The notes: generated by a model from the letters alone, not told the origin. A DNA stretch of 58,727 nucleotides from Alphaproteobacteria bacterium (GCA_016869935.1 VGCX01000001.1:1-58727), one strand, 5' to 3'. Positions 44,048-55,188 are shown, counted from the stretch's first letter. Program-made: numbers and translations.

Positions 44048-44059
44048 AAATAGAACACC

Positions 44060-45955
44060 TTAAAACGTGTCAAGTATTTGTGAGGTAAGTTTAGTTTGAT
44101 CATAGCGATACCCTCTGATTTTACCTTGCAGCTCTGGAGCTAAATCACCAACACTCTCCCATAATTCATCATAGACAGATCTTCTCGATGGGGTTCCCTC
44201 GCCTTCAAAAGTTAAGGTTCCAAGGATTCTTCCTAAAACTTCTCTTGCGACTCCCTCTAGTTGAGACGTCACAGCTCGACGAAAATCAAAAACAGATTCT
44301 CGTTTAGCTACTGGGTCAAGAATTTCTGAAACAACAGGTACTGTGACTCCTTGGCCCACAAGCTTTAGAAGAGAATTTCGATCTATAGCATCCCCGAAAA
44401 GCAAACGAGACTTTATTAACTTTAAATTAATCGATTCTCCATCTTTTCTACTAATAGCCTTAACCAAGACTTGTAGAGGAGAGTCTTCAATCTGAATATC
44501 AAGTTCATCCCAAAGATCGCCTAAAACTTTTTTGTCAGCACTCAATAGACGCACATTTACAGGAAGATCCAGTGCCTTTATAGTTGCCTCGACTTCTGGA
44601 TTTTCTAAAGTCACTGCCCCACCACTAAGGAGCCTACCTGTTAGTGGATCTGTCTTAAGGGGATGGCAAGAAGATTTTTCAACTAATGCTTCACTGCTTC
44701 CAGTAACTGTACCTTCCCCTGATCCAGCTGCAGCTCCAGCATCTCTTGATTCCGTAGACCTTGATGAATCTGTTACTAAACCATCATCTTCCAAAATTTT
44801 CTTGAAAAACGCCCGAACTACTTCTGATGGGGAATCTGCATTTAAAACATCAAAGGTTAATCCTGATTCTTCATGCAGGATCTCAAAGAAGCAAATTAGT
44901 AACTTGTTATAGTCTTTCTTTGCTTGAGCTTTTAAAGCTTTATCCTCTCCATCGCTTTCCATCGCAGTCAAAAAATATTGAATGTTTTTGTCAAAGATAT
45001 TCTGAATAAGCCTTTGAAAGTTTTGAAACTTTAAACGACCAAGAGTTCCTGCAATCTTTGTTGCCTTCAAATACCCAACATCTGTTTTCTCCATTAAAGC
45101 GTAGGCTAGACGAGCACTCCAATTTTTAAGGACTGATTTTTGTTGTTTTAAAATATAAAAATGGCTTAAATCATGGGCTGCAAAATCTCTAGGACTCATT
45201 TTTAGTGAATGCGCTTCGTAGGTTTCTAAAGGTAGCGCAATAATATGAACGTTCTTAATAAGACGATCCACCATCAGAGAAAGACCGACCTTCCCCCCGA
45301 CAGCAAACACAGCCACGTGATCACCGAACCTTAAGTTTTTCCTTAATTCCTTTCTAGCACGATCTTTTAAATACCAATAGCCCTCTCCAGAAGCAACGGA
45401 GGAAGAGGCCGAAGTTTTCGAATCCTCATCGATGCTCTTCAGAGTTTGATCTTCTAAATACCATGCTGGAATTCCGTCAACTACTTTGTCAGCTCCAAAG
45501 ATGTGCTCCATAGGAAGCTGTAACGTAATGGATCTAAGCAGAGAGGACACACCTTCATCACTTGGTGCTGAGACAGAAGAAGCAGCATAAGTTAAACGGG
45601 TTATAGAGGCTAAATCAGGCAAAAGGCTCAAAATACGAGTGCCCTCAGTAGGTACAGTTTCTAGCTGAGCCCTAAGCGAGTCTACAAATTTAGAATGCGT
45701 TTCTATCAATAGGGGCTGTAGCTTATTTAAATATGCTAAGGCTACGCTGCGATAATAGTCAGTGGAAGCAAGATATTTTTTTCTTAAGATTTTTATTGTG
45801 CTGTCATCTGGCATCTGATCCATACCCTTTAAGGTTTGAGGATAAGCCTCACTTAATCGGCCAAGAAGTGAAGGCGATGCACCCGCACTATAAGAATTTG
45901 AAAAATAAAAAATTATTAAACTTGCGGTAATTAAATAGTGAATCTTTTTTATCAT
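44060..45955 (-). CDS. Large hypothetical secreted protein (631 aa)
   Basis: Signal peptide MIKKIHYLITASLIIFYFSNSYSA, a long uninterrupted ORF and an S/G/A-rich central linker. I recognise no family. Confidence 0.5.
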   Translation of the reverse strand: MIKKIHYLITASLIIFYFSNSYSAGASPSLLGRLSEAYPQTLKGMDQMPDDSTIKILRKKYLASTDYYRSVALAYLNKLQPLLIETHSKFVDSLRAQLETVPTEGTRILSLLPDLASITRLTYAASSVSAPSDEGVSSLLRSITLQLPMEHIFGADKVVDGIPAWYLEDQTLKSIDEDSKTSASSSVASGEGYWYLKDRARKELRKNLRFGDHVAVFAVGGKVGLSLMVDRLIKNVHIIALPLETYEAHSLKMSPRDFAAHDLSHFYILKQQKSVLKNWSARLAYALMEKTDVGYLKATKIAGTLGRLKFQNFQRLIQNIFDKNIQYFLTAMESDGEDKALKAQAKKDYNKLLICFFEILHEESGLTFDVLNADSPSEVVRAFFKKILEDDGLVTDSSRSTESRDAGAAAGSGEGTVTGSSEALVEKSSCHPLKTDPLTGRLLSGGAVTLENPEVEATIKALDLPVNVRLLSADKKVLGDLWDELDIQIEDSPLQVLVKAISRKDGESINLKLIKSRLLFGDAIDRNSLLKLVGQGVTVPVVSEILDPVAKRESVFDFRRAVTSQLEGVAREVLGRILGTLTFEGEGTPSRRSVYDELWESVGDLAPELQGKIRGYRYDQTKLTSQILDTF

Positions 45956-46018
45956 TTGAAACTCCTAAAAAAAACAATGTAGTGCGAAAAAAGATTATTT
46001 CAATACCTGACGATACTT

Positions 46019-46456
46019 TTATATCCGATGATACGGATGCCCTGCAAGGATTTGTTGCACGCGGTAGAGTTGCTCCATCAAAAGAACTCTGACCATTAAA
46101 TGGGGCCAAGTAGGTTTGCCAAAGGCAATCGTTTTATGGATATAAGGATCTAAGGAAAGGCTAAGACCATCTGCAGGTCCAATTAAAAAACATAAATGGG
46201 ACCGCCCCACGATACGCTTTGCCTCAATAAAGGCTGCAAACTGAACACTTGATATGTCATCCCCTCTTTCGTCTAAAGCAACGACAAAGGCCCCTTGGGG
46301 AATTTTTTCGATAAAAAGATCCCCTAAGTTTTTATGAGAATTTTCAGGAATTTCTTTGATTGTCACTTTCCAAGACAGGCGTTTTTCATATTCCTGCACC
46401 AAATCGTTCAAGGGCCCTGATTTTAATACACCGCCTGCGATAATCGTAATCTGCAT
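46019..46456 (-). CDS. rlmH: 23S rRNA (pseudouridine1915-N3)-methyltransferase RlmH
   Basis: SPOUT fold with FLIGPADGLS and GKPTWPHLMVRVLLMEQLYR. I prefer the start at MQITIIA (46456). Confidence 0.88.
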   Translation of the reverse strand: MQITIIAGGVLKSGPLNDLVQEYEKRLSWKVTIKEIPENSHKNLGDLFIEKIPQGAFVVALDERGDDISSVQFAAFIEAKRIVGRSHLCFLIGPADGLSLSLDPYIHKTIAFGKPTWPHLMVRVLLMEQLYRVQQILAGHPYHRI

Positions 46457-46461
46457 AGTTT

Positions 46462-46821
46462 TTAAGATTTCTCTTCTGTTCGTTGGTAAAGACTTGGGTC
46501 CCACATACTTTCAAGATCATAAAGGGTTCGTGTTTCTTTTAGGAATAGATGAACGACCACATCCCCTAAATCAAGAATAACCCAACCAGAGTTTTGAGCG
46601 CCTTCAAGGGTTGTGTTTTTAAATCCAAGACTCTTAGCTTTTTCTTGAGCATAGGTTGCAAGAGCGTTCAAGTGACGCATGCTTGTCCCTGTTGCGATCA
46701 ACATAAAATCACCAATACTAGATTTACCCTCTAGATCAATGACACAAATATCCTGTGCTTTGTGTTGATCCAGCGTTTCATTGATCGTCCGACAAAGCTC
46801 TATTGCTGTTATTTTTTTCAT
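46462..46821 (-). CDS. rsfS: Ribosomal silencing factor RsfS (iojap)
   Basis: 119 aa with DFMLIATGTS.RH and WVILDLGDVVVHLF. Confidence 0.88.
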   Translation of the reverse strand: MKKITAIELCRTINETLDQHKAQDICVIDLEGKSSIGDFMLIATGTSMRHLNALATYAQEKAKSLGFKNTTLEGAQNSGWVILDLGDVVVHLFLKETRTLYDLESMWDPSLYQRTEEKS

Positions 46822-46823
46822 TC

Positions 46824-49800
46824 CTAATTTTCTTTCTGTTTTTTAAAATCATATTCTACCAGTTGTGTCGCTTCTGTCCACAAGAGAAAAGGTCTAATTT
46901 TATAGGACGGGTAAATGACTTGCAGCGCTTGTTGATAAAGGATTATTTGGTTTTTGTAAGCTTCTGGTGGCATTTTTTTATAAGAATAGTCAAAAGCACC
47001 TGTCTTATAATCTATCACATGAACTTCCTTTAAAGTATCATTAACCCACAAAAAATCCATCGTCCCTTTTACAACAGAATTTGTTTCTGTATCAAGACGC
47101 TGAAACGGCACCTCTGTTAAAATTATCCCCTCCGCAAAATAAGAATGACGTACCAAAAGATCTATGGTTTTTTGAAGAAGTAGGAATAATCGATCCGCTT
47201 CTTCTTTTTGAACATACTGTTCTAAGAATTGCCTTGTTAGCCCCTCTCGTTCTGCACCCGGATCTTTAATCAACCACTCAAGGGCTTTGTGCAAAAGAAT
47301 CCCTCGATCCACAGCCCGAAGACTGCTTTCGATCCCATTTTTTTGACCATCAATTTCCCCTTGCTGGGAAGGGTAAATAATTGGAAGCACAGATTCTGCT
47401 TTTGCTTTTTTATCTACCCACGAGGGAAGGGATTTTGAAAAAGGCAATACGTCTTGTATAGGCTCAGACGAAACGACTTCTTCTGCTTTTTGATAAATTA
47501 CAAGCCCGTCTTCCTGGGTTTTTCCATCAAAGCATAAAGGGGTTGAAACACCAAGATCTTGAGTGGCGGCCAATACCAGGTCATACCAAGAAAGAGTCGT
47601 CGATGCTTTATGGTTCTTCCACCCGCATACATACAGCTCATCTTCGGCGCGGGTTAAGGCCACATAAAGCAAGCGATAGTATTCCGCCTGTTCATCGTAT
47701 TGCGGATGAAGAGACTGAATATAATCAGTTTTAAAGCGGCTTTTAGGACACCAAAATAATACGGGATTTTCAGCAATTGATTGGCCCCAAAACAAGGAAG
47801 CATGGGCATTTGGAACTTGTGTTGTATCAGGTAGAAACACGATCGGCGCCTCTAACCCTTTGGATCCATGAACCGTCATAATACGAACTTTGTCTTCTGT
47901 TGATTGTTCAAGATTTCTCTTAATTTCCGTATTTTCTTTTCGCATCCATGAAAGAAAAATCTGCAAAGATCCCCCAAAATCTTTTTCAAAAGAAAGACAA
48001 AGATTTAAAAATTCCTCCAGAGCATCTTCTGCATCATTCCCTAAACGTTCAAGCATCTTTTGCCGCCCTGGCAGGATATGCAAAACATAATGGTAAAAAT
48101 CAAACGGGGAATAAAAATCCACGCGATTTAAAAGATCTGTTAAATAAGCGAAAGCTTCTTGATAAATAGGCTTTTCTGTTTGTCTTTGCTTAAGCGTATG
48201 CCAGAGGCTCCGCCCCTTTCGATAATAGCTGAGCTCAAAAAGATCGTGTTCTTCCATCCCAATTAGGGGTGACTTTAAGATCGTTGCAAGGGCTAAGTCA
48301 TCTTCTGGAAGCAAGAGAAAATCACCTAAAACCAAGAGATCCATAATCCCCATATGATCCGTTAAGACTAGTCGATCGGCTCCTGTGACGGGAATAGATT
48401 TATTTTTTAAGGCTCGCACGAGCTCTTCAACGAATTGATCACGGCGGCGAACTAATATCATAATATCGCTTGGACGAATGGGTCTGTTTTTCGGTTCCAA
48501 AATTCTTTTTTCCTGGAGCCAAAGATGAATACGTTCTGCGATACGTTCTGCAACTTCCTTGCGGGCTGTTGTTGCATAAATTTGGGTATTGGGTAAAGCC
48601 CAAGGCTCACGTTCTTCTTTTTCTGGGGCATTGACCAGTGGCCAAACTTCCACCCGTCCACCATGATTTTTTCGATAACTTTCATGAGGTACATAGTCTA
48701 AATTTAAGCCAGGAGGGGATAATGTTGGGTTTTTCTGAAACACTTGATCGACAAGGTCTAAGACGGGCTGCGTTGATCGGAAAGAGGTAGAAAGCGTAAT
48801 ATTTTTCCAGGAATGTTTTGCATTTTCTGCCTGCGCAGAAAATAAAGATTTAACCGCTTGAAAGGCAAAAGGATTTGCCCCTTGGAAACTATAAATCGAT
48901 TGCTTCATATCGCCAACCACAAACAGCGTTCTAAGACGATTGGGATCTGGTTCTGTTGAAAAAAATTCAGCGGCAATTGATGCAATAACTTGCCACTGAT
49001 CTTCATTGGTATCTTGGGCTTCATCAACCAAAATATGCTGAATGCCCCCATCAAGCTTATAAAGAACCCATGGGGCATTTTCTGGTTGTTGGAATAGTAC
49101 TGCGGTTTTATAAATAAGATCATCATAATCCAAAAATGCTTCTATCGTTTTAAGATGGTGGTAGCGATCTAAGGCATGGTGAATAAAATGAAGAAAAACG
49201 TTTGTTGCTTCTGCAATAATAGCGTGATGATAGCGATGCATAACCATCATCAAATAGGCCGCCTCTTTTTGAAAAACTTCCTCCAGCTCTGGGTGTTTTT
49301 TTGCAAAAGAAGCAGAAACGATTTTCTGTCTTTGCTCATTTTTTGCCGTTAAGAAAAACTTTTTATAGGTCTCAAAATCTTCAACTTTTTCTTGAGGGCT
49401 TTTGAGAATCCATTTTTTTAAAAACCCTCCAAAAACATTATCTGCTGTCGTTCCTTGCTCCAAAAGATCAAAAAAATCTTGAGGGCCAGTCTCTAAATAA
49501 GACCCCTTCAGTTCTTCTTCCAAAATCTTATCTGGTGCAAGCCCAAAAGGAATCTTAAGAGAAGTATAAATATCCTCTATCATTTTAATTGAAGGTTCTT
49601 TCCCAACAATTCTAGCCCGTTTTTGTAGAATGCTTTTTAAAAGATCAAAAAGCTGATCTGTTGTCACATAGCGCGCAAAAACTTTCAGCTGATCCGAAGA
49701 AAGATCTTGCATTGTTTCTTTGAAGGATCGCTCAAGACAGTCTTTGCTTTGAGCATCAGTCATAACACGAAAATGTGGTGGAACCTTTGCTTCAAGGGGA

Positions 49801-50195
49801 AATTTTTTCAAAACCATCTGACAAAAAGAATGAATGGTCTGAATTTTCATTCCCCCAGGCACATCAATTACCGTTGCAAAAAGACTTGTCGCACGATCAA
49901 GCTCCTGACGGGTTGGAGCTCTCGATAAAAGTGATGATAATTCTTGTCTTAAGGCTTCTTCATCAAAAGACGCCCAAATTGCAAGTTTTTCTTGAATACG
50001 ATTGGCCATTTCAGCGGCCGCTGCTTTTGTAAAAGTCAGGCATAAAATGTTTTCAGGAACTGCCCCTGTTAACAAAAGCATTAAAACACGATCGGTTAAA
50101 ACTTTGGTTTTTCCTGTTCCAGCGGAAGCTTCCACCCAACAAGAATGTGTTGGAGATGCTGCTTGCCTTTGCTGAAGCGATGCTGTTGTGATCAT
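46824..50195 (-). CDS. addA: Double-strand break repair helicase-nuclease AddA (alphaproteobacterial type)
   Basis: 1123 aa with UvrD-like motifs (ASAGTGKT, VDEAQDT) and a C-terminal PD-(D/E)XK motif (DFLWV...VIDYKTG). Confidence 0.9.
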   Translation of the reverse strand: MITTASLQQRQAASPTHSCWVEASAGTGKTKVLTDRVLMLLLTGAVPENILCLTFTKAAAAEMANRIQEKLAIWASFDEEALRQELSSLLSRAPTRQELDRATSLFATVIDVPGGMKIQTIHSFCQMVLKKFPLEAKVPPHFRVMTDAQSKDCLERSFKETMQDLSSDQLKVFARYVTTDQLFDLLKSILQKRARIVGKEPSIKMIEDIYTSLKIPFGLAPDKILEEELKGSYLETGPQDFFDLLEQGTTADNVFGGFLKKWILKSPQEKVEDFETYKKFFLTAKNEQRQKIVSASFAKKHPELEEVFQKEAAYLMMVMHRYHHAIIAEATNVFLHFIHHALDRYHHLKTIEAFLDYDDLIYKTAVLFQQPENAPWVLYKLDGGIQHILVDEAQDTNEDQWQVIASIAAEFFSTEPDPNRLRTLFVVGDMKQSIYSFQGANPFAFQAVKSLFSAQAENAKHSWKNITLSTSFRSTQPVLDLVDQVFQKNPTLSPPGLNLDYVPHESYRKNHGGRVEVWPLVNAPEKEEREPWALPNTQIYATTARKEVAERIAERIHLWLQEKRILEPKNRPIRPSDIMILVRRRDQFVEELVRALKNKSIPVTGADRLVLTDHMGIMDLLVLGDFLLLPEDDLALATILKSPLIGMEEHDLFELSYYRKGRSLWHTLKQRQTEKPIYQEAFAYLTDLLNRVDFYSPFDFYHYVLHILPGRQKMLERLGNDAEDALEEFLNLCLSFEKDFGGSLQIFLSWMRKENTEIKRNLEQSTEDKVRIMTVHGSKGLEAPIVFLPDTTQVPNAHASLFWGQSIAENPVLFWCPKSRFKTDYIQSLHPQYDEQAEYYRLLYVALTRAEDELYVCGWKNHKASTTLSWYDLVLAATQDLGVSTPLCFDGKTQEDGLVIYQKAEEVVSSEPIQDVLPFSKSLPSWVDKKAKAESVLPIIYPSQQGEIDGQKNGIESSLRAVDRGILLHKALEWLIKDPGAEREGLTRQFLEQYVQKEEADRLFLLLQKTIDLLVRHSYFAEGIILTEVPFQRLDTETNSVVKGTMDFLWVNDTLKEVHVIDYKTGAFDYSYKKMPPEAYKNQIILYQQALQVIYPSYKIRPFLLWTEATQLVEYDFKKQKEN

Positions 50196-53014
50196 GCATT
50201 CCCTCCGTTAAGAGACCATTCCTTAATACGGGCTAAGTGATGATAGTCACCATAAAGGGATGTTTGATAAGGGATGGATAAATAGGCCGTTTCTTCCTCA
50301 TCAAAAGCTTCTAATAGACGACCTAGACCTTCTTTTGTTGACATAACAAGACTATCCAAATCTTGGCTGTATTCGATAATCTCTCCCCCCTCTCTATCAC
50401 CAATCAAATGCCAGAAAGAAAGAGACGATAGATTGTTTCGAGGAATGTCTTTAAACCCCCCTGCTTTCAATATAATCGCTTCAAGAGGCAGCTGAGGCGA
50501 AAGACCATATTCTATTTCTTTTTTTGTAGGAGGCGTTCCAGTCTTATAGTCAACAATCACCATTCCATGATTTGTTTCATCAATGCGATCTGCTTTTCCA
50601 ACCAAACTAAAGGAGCCTTTTTCCAAAGAAAATTCTAAAAGACCTCTCGTTTCTTGCCATGATTGCTCTAAAGAAAATGCAGGCATTTGTTTTATAATCC
50701 ATTGAAGAATATTTTCAAACCGATACCACCATAAGTTATGCTCTAAAGGTTCTTGAAAATAGATTGAAAACTTCTCTTTCCCTATAGCTATGCCAGTTTC
50801 ATGCATCAACGGAAGATTTTTAAACCACACCTCTAAAACATCATGGACAAAAAGACCAAACTCTAAACGCCCTGGCTTTTCTTCCAAAGGCTTCAAAGGT
50901 TTTAAGTGCAAAATCTTTTTAGCATAAAGACTATACGGATCATGGATGAGCGTTGTAATTTCTGTAATCGAAAGGCTTCGAGGGCGCGCAAGAAAAGGGG
51001 GCCTTGGTGTCGGCGGGCCCAAAAGAATTCGTTCTTTAGGGGCATAAAGTATTTGAGCATAGTACAAAAGCTCCCCTTTTCTTTGAAGGGAAAGATTGTA
51101 ACGCTTTAAATAAGACTGAAGCCGCGTTAAAAAACGAGACGGCACAGTAGGTGTTCCCTGTACACGTAAAGACCGTGTTAACAAAACATGAGGCGCTGCA
51201 CACGCTTGAACAAAATCCAGCGCTGAAAGACCCACCCGTCGATCATGCTCAGGCAATCCAAATTGTTTACGCATCGATTGGTTAAACCAAGGGTCAATCG
51301 ATGGCGTCCCTGGCCAAGACCCTTCATTCAAATCCCCCAAAATAACGAGATCTGCCGGAACAAGGCGTGCTTCAATCAGTCCCAAAATAGAAAGACGGGG
51401 ATGTAAAGCAAATTTCTTGCGGACAGAAAGTGTTGTGAAAAAATGGGTTAAAATATCCCCATATTCTTCCCCTTTTTGAAGGGGTATCGTTATAAGGTTT
51501 TCCTCTAGCTTTTGAATGAACCCATCAAAAACTTCTGATTCTTCTGTTTCGCCAAACCAAGGAGATTTTTTTTCCGTAAAAAGAGAAAGGAGTTCTTTAT
51601 GAAACATCCATAAATTTTTCAAATTAATGTTTTCTTGCGTTGCAAGAAGGCGTCCTTTTTCAAGGGCATTTTGTATGATTTTATACTCCTCTTGAAGAGC
51701 GATATCTTCTAACAATAAAGGATCAATATGATCGAAAGAAATTCCCTGACGTAAGAATTTTTTTTCAATCACATGAGCAAATCGTTTAAACCGATAGGCA
51801 TAAGGATGTTTCAGTGTTGCAAGAAGCGTTGATAGGGATAATTTTTCCTGAACCCACTCAGCTGTCAAAAGACAAAAAACCCCCACAGCTGTTTGAGACA
51901 AAGGAATTCCTCCAGAGTCATTGGCTTGAATGTTCCATCGCTTCAGTTCTTGCACCACACGCCGCGCAAGGGACCGATTGGCCGTTACAAAAGAAACAAA
52001 TTGATTTTCTTTTTCAAGATGCTCTCGAATAGCAAGGGCTATCACGGTTGCTTCTTCTTGTTGACTGGAACACTCCAAAAGATGCAGATGATTGATGGCT
52101 GTCTTAACTTTTTCTAGAGGAAGAGGTTTTGATTTGACATCAAAAATACCCTTCAATAGATCTCTTTTTTCTTCCCCTTTTTCCTCAACCAAAGGGCCAA
52201 CTTCTTGAGCCTCAATACCGATTGTTTCTAGCAATCGATACATCGTATGTTGAGGATGAGATGAGGGAGGAACTCCATCTAAAGAAGGATCAAGGTTTGG
52301 TAAAATTAGATGCCCTTCGGGAAGAGATTGGATGACTTTTAACAAACGTGCTGTTGCAGGAATACTCCCTGTTGATCCTGCCCCAATAACAGGGTGAGAA
52401 GGAGGGGTCTGTTCCCACAAACGCGCATAAAATTCCAATAGTAAACGCTGATACTCTGCAGGTTCTGTTTTATTGAGTTTTTTAATCAGCGATGGCCATT
52501 TTTCTGCAATGATTTCTAGAAATTCTACTGTCAATTGCCAATGAGACGCATAATCCTCAGGAACAAGATCTTTTAATCTTGAAAAATCTAAACCCTCTAA
52601 TTGCACTTGATCAATTAAATGCAAAAGGTCTTTTGCCAAAGCACAAGCCTGAGATGTCTTAAAATATTGATTTTTTTGACGGTAAAATTTCTGGATTTCT
52701 TGGGTTAAAAGAGCCAAACGCTCTTCTGCGCTGACAAGAGGGGGTAATCCCATCATTGTGTCGTACAAAGAAAGGGAACTTAAAGCGAGGTCTTCTCCAT
52801 CAATACCCCCTAAGGGAATTAGGCGCGGGAGAAGGAGTGCTTTCCCTTGACTCCTGTTGCACAAAATATTTTCAAGCTTTTGACAGGCTCGATATGTCGG
52901 CAAAAAAATAACGCTCGACGCAAGCTCTTTTTGATCATAAGTCGATAGAAGAAATTGTGCGAGTGTCTCTAAGAAAGGAAGATGAGCAGGAATAAAGGAA
53001 ACCTGTTCCTTCAC
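50192..53014 (-). CDS. addB: Double-strand break repair protein AddB
   Basis: 940 aa with the C-terminal nuclease motif GKADRID...VIVDYKTG. It overlaps addA by 4 nt. Confidence 0.88.
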   Translation of the reverse strand: MKEQVSFIPAHLPFLETLAQFLLSTYDQKELASSVIFLPTYRACQKLENILCNRSQGKALLLPRLIPLGGIDGEDLALSSLSLYDTMMGLPPLVSAEERLALLTQEIQKFYRQKNQYFKTSQACALAKDLLHLIDQVQLEGLDFSRLKDLVPEDYASHWQLTVEFLEIIAEKWPSLIKKLNKTEPAEYQRLLLEFYARLWEQTPPSHPVIGAGSTGSIPATARLLKVIQSLPEGHLILPNLDPSLDGVPPSSHPQHTMYRLLETIGIEAQEVGPLVEEKGEEKRDLLKGIFDVKSKPLPLEKVKTAINHLHLLECSSQQEEATVIALAIREHLEKENQFVSFVTANRSLARRVVQELKRWNIQANDSGGIPLSQTAVGVFCLLTAEWVQEKLSLSTLLATLKHPYAYRFKRFAHVIEKKFLRQGISFDHIDPLLLEDIALQEEYKIIQNALEKGRLLATQENINLKNLWMFHKELLSLFTEKKSPWFGETEESEVFDGFIQKLEENLITIPLQKGEEYGDILTHFFTTLSVRKKFALHPRLSILGLIEARLVPADLVILGDLNEGSWPGTPSIDPWFNQSMRKQFGLPEHDRRVGLSALDFVQACAAPHVLLTRSLRVQGTPTVPSRFLTRLQSYLKRYNLSLQRKGELLYYAQILYAPKERILLGPPTPRPPFLARPRSLSITEITTLIHDPYSLYAKKILHLKPLKPLEEKPGRLEFGLFVHDVLEVWFKNLPLMHETGIAIGKEKFSIYFQEPLEHNLWWYRFENILQWIIKQMPAFSLEQSWQETRGLLEFSLEKGSFSLVGKADRIDETNHGMVIVDYKTGTPPTKKEIEYGLSPQLPLEAIILKAGGFKDIPRNNLSSLSFWHLIGDREGGEIIEYSQDLDSLVMSTKEGLGRLLEAFDEEETAYLSIPYQTSLYGDYHHLARIKEWSLNGGNA

Positions 53015-53730
53015 GCCGTCACTTCCTTATGCTGTTCAAACCACTCCCGCGTTGCATTCAAATGCTCTGGTGTTCCAACATGAAACCACAGACCTTGGTG
53101 CTCTAGCCCATAGAGAGATTTTTCTTCTTCCAGCCTGTCATACACCGCTTTGAGAGAAAAGAATCCCGGCTCCCAATTTTTGAAAATTCTGGGATCTAAA
53201 ATCTGAATCCCTGAAAAAACGTACTTTGCTTTTTTTCCAAGCACCCTTCTTTTTAGATGATGAGAAGCAGCGATATCATAATCACCATCTCCCTGATACC
53301 CCTGAGCGCGATCTTTTGGAACAACCAAAAGCAAGGCTTGCATATCTTTTTTCCATGCTTTGGATAGTTCTTTTAAGCAATTTGTTTTTCCATCAGACCA
53401 AACAACGTCTCCATTGATCACGAAAAAGGGATCTTCTCCAAGTTCAGGAAGCGCTTTAAAAACGCCTCCCCCTGTTTCAAGAGGGGTATCCTCATCTGAA
53501 AATGTAATGTGAGGTGTTTTTCGATTTTCAAGATGCTTATGGACCATATCTCCCAAATAGGATGTGTTAATCACAACCTCTGTAACCCCTATTTCCTCTA
53601 GGTGATTTAAAATATGGTCTATCATAGGGGATCCATCCACATTAATCAGTGGTTTGGGACAAATATCTGTTAGAGGCCGCATCCGTTCTCCCCGCCCTGC
53701 GGCTAAAATCATCGCTTTTTTTATAAACAT
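53011..53730 (-). CDS. murU: Sugar-phosphate nucleotidyltransferase (MurU-like)
   Basis: ILAAGRGERMRPLT motif. Part of the conserved tsaE-kinase-nucleotidyltransferase-addBA block. Confidence 0.7.
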   Translation of the reverse strand: MFIKKAMILAAGRGERMRPLTDICPKPLINVDGSPMIDHILNHLEEIGVTEVVINTSYLGDMVHKHLENRKTPHITFSDEDTPLETGGGVFKALPELGEDPFFVINGDVVWSDGKTNCLKELSKAWKKDMQALLLVVPKDRAQGYQGDGDYDIAASHHLKRRVLGKKAKYVFSGIQILDPRIFKNWEPGFFSLKAVYDRLEEEKSLYGLEHQGLWFHVGTPEHLNATREWFEQHKEVTA

Positions 53731-54728
53731 GTAAGTTCTCTCCTTTTCTCCATTGGAAAGTATTCATTAAACCAATGACGAATGGCTAATAGATTATCAT
53801 GTTTTAAATCATTTTCCAGCCATTTCCATGTGCGCGGAATAAAACGCATGTAATGGTCCCGATTTTTTGCCAACAACATCCGCGCAAACACTCCGATAAT
53901 CCGTGTTGCTCTTTGGGCTCCCATTGTGTAGTACTGAGTCATAAATGTATGTTCGTCAAGATCCGGAAAAGACCGTAGGTATTTTTTTAACAACCGTTTC
54001 GTCAAATCAAAAGAAACATCCTGACGCACATCTTCAAACAAAGAAACAAGGTCATAACACTGGGGGCCAATCGCTGCATCTTGAAAATCCAAAAGCCCAC
54101 ATCTTTTAAACCCTTCTCGATCTTGAAGCCACAAAAGATTATCAACGTGAAAATCCCTAAGGATTAATGTTTGAGGAGCCTTATCTATTACTTGAAAGGC
54201 TTGACACCATGCATCTTCCCATTCTTGGATAATAGCCGTTGAGGGAACAGTTCCATGAATCGCTGGAAAATACCATTCCAGAAAAAGGTTAGCTTTCTCC
54301 AAAAGACTTTTTGTATCGTAGACTGGAAGAGTGGAAGAAGTCGATCGATCAAATTTTTGATGCAGATGAATAAGGGCATCAACAGCTGTTTCATACAAAA
54401 GACCCGCATCCATTCCCTTTCCCAAACACCAGGTAAATGTTTGATCCCCAAAATCTTCTAAAAGAAGAAACCGGTTTTCAAAGTCTTGCGACAAAACTTT
54501 GGGCGCTGAACACCCAAGATCATTCAAAAGACTAGAAATAGCCATAAAAGGCTCTACCTTTTCATTATCACCATAAGCATCCATTAAAACCGCTGTTGTT
54601 TTGTCTTTTTTGACCAAACGATCATAGGTCCTATTGGAACAGTCTCCCGCAAGAAAAGAAATTGTGGCATCTCCCCATCCATTCTTTTGAATAAAATCTT
54701 TTTTTAATTGCTCTCTAGTGTGTATCAT
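53721..54728 (-). CDS. amgK: Aminoglycoside-phosphotransferase-fold kinase (AmgK-like anomeric sugar kinase)
   Basis: APH-fold catalytic loop ILRDFHVDNLLW...LLDFQDA. Confidence 0.7.
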   Translation of the reverse strand: MIHTREQLKKDFIQKNGWGDATISFLAGDCSNRTYDRLVKKDKTTAVLMDAYGDNEKVEPFMAISSLLNDLGCSAPKVLSQDFENRFLLLEDFGDQTFTWCLGKGMDAGLLYETAVDALIHLHQKFDRSTSSTLPVYDTKSLLEKANLFLEWYFPAIHGTVPSTAIIQEWEDAWCQAFQVIDKAPQTLILRDFHVDNLLWLQDREGFKRCGLLDFQDAAIGPQCYDLVSLFEDVRQDVSFDLTKRLLKKYLRSFPDLDEHTFMTQYYTMGAQRATRIIGVFARMLLAKNRDHYMRFIPRTWKWLENDLKHDNLLAIRHWFNEYFPMEKRRELTCL

Positions 54729-55188
54729 TTTTTATCCTTTCCTGCCATTCACGGGAGGGAATTAGTGTTAAAAATCGTGTATCATTTTCACCAAAATGAA
54801 ACTGTAGTTTAAGGGTCGACAACGGAAGAATTTGCCCCCCTTTTTCTGGCCACTCAATCATAAGGACGCCGTCACTTAAAGCCTCTTCAATTCCTATATC
54901 AAAAAGCTCTTCTTCATTTTTTAGACGATAGAGATCGAAATGCCATAAAGGGAAATCTCTGGTTTCATAGGTATGAACAAGATTAAAGGTAGGACTTGGA
55001 ACATCAATCTTCTCGCCCACAAGCGCTTGAATTATGAAACGTGCAGACGTTGTTTTACCCGCCCCCAAGGGTCCTTCAAACAAGAGAATGTCTTTGTTTT
55101 TTATAAAAGGAATAATCCCTTCAAGAATGGCTTCTAGAGTAGCTAAGCTTTCGAGTTCTATCGGATGATTAAAAAAAATACTAGACAT
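54715..55188 (-). CDS. tsaE: tRNA t6A biosynthesis ATPase TsaE
   Basis: 157 aa with GPLGAGKTT and the SPTF.LVH.Y...HFDLYRL signature. Confidence 0.88.
   Translation of the reverse strand: MSSIFFNHPIELESLATLEAILEGIIPFIKNKDILLFEGPLGAGKTTSARFIIQALVGEKIDVPSPTFNLVHTYETRDFPLWHFDLYRLKNEEELFDIGIEEALSDGVLMIEWPEKGGQILPLSTLKLQFHFGENDTRFLTLIPSREWQERIKNDTH

Noticed and set aside
43914-46018. Genomic island integrated at tRNA-Asn
   Set aside because: I could not find a direct repeat of the tRNA 3' end or an integrase gene downstream. The idea is kept only as a low-confidence finding, not as a mobile-element feature.
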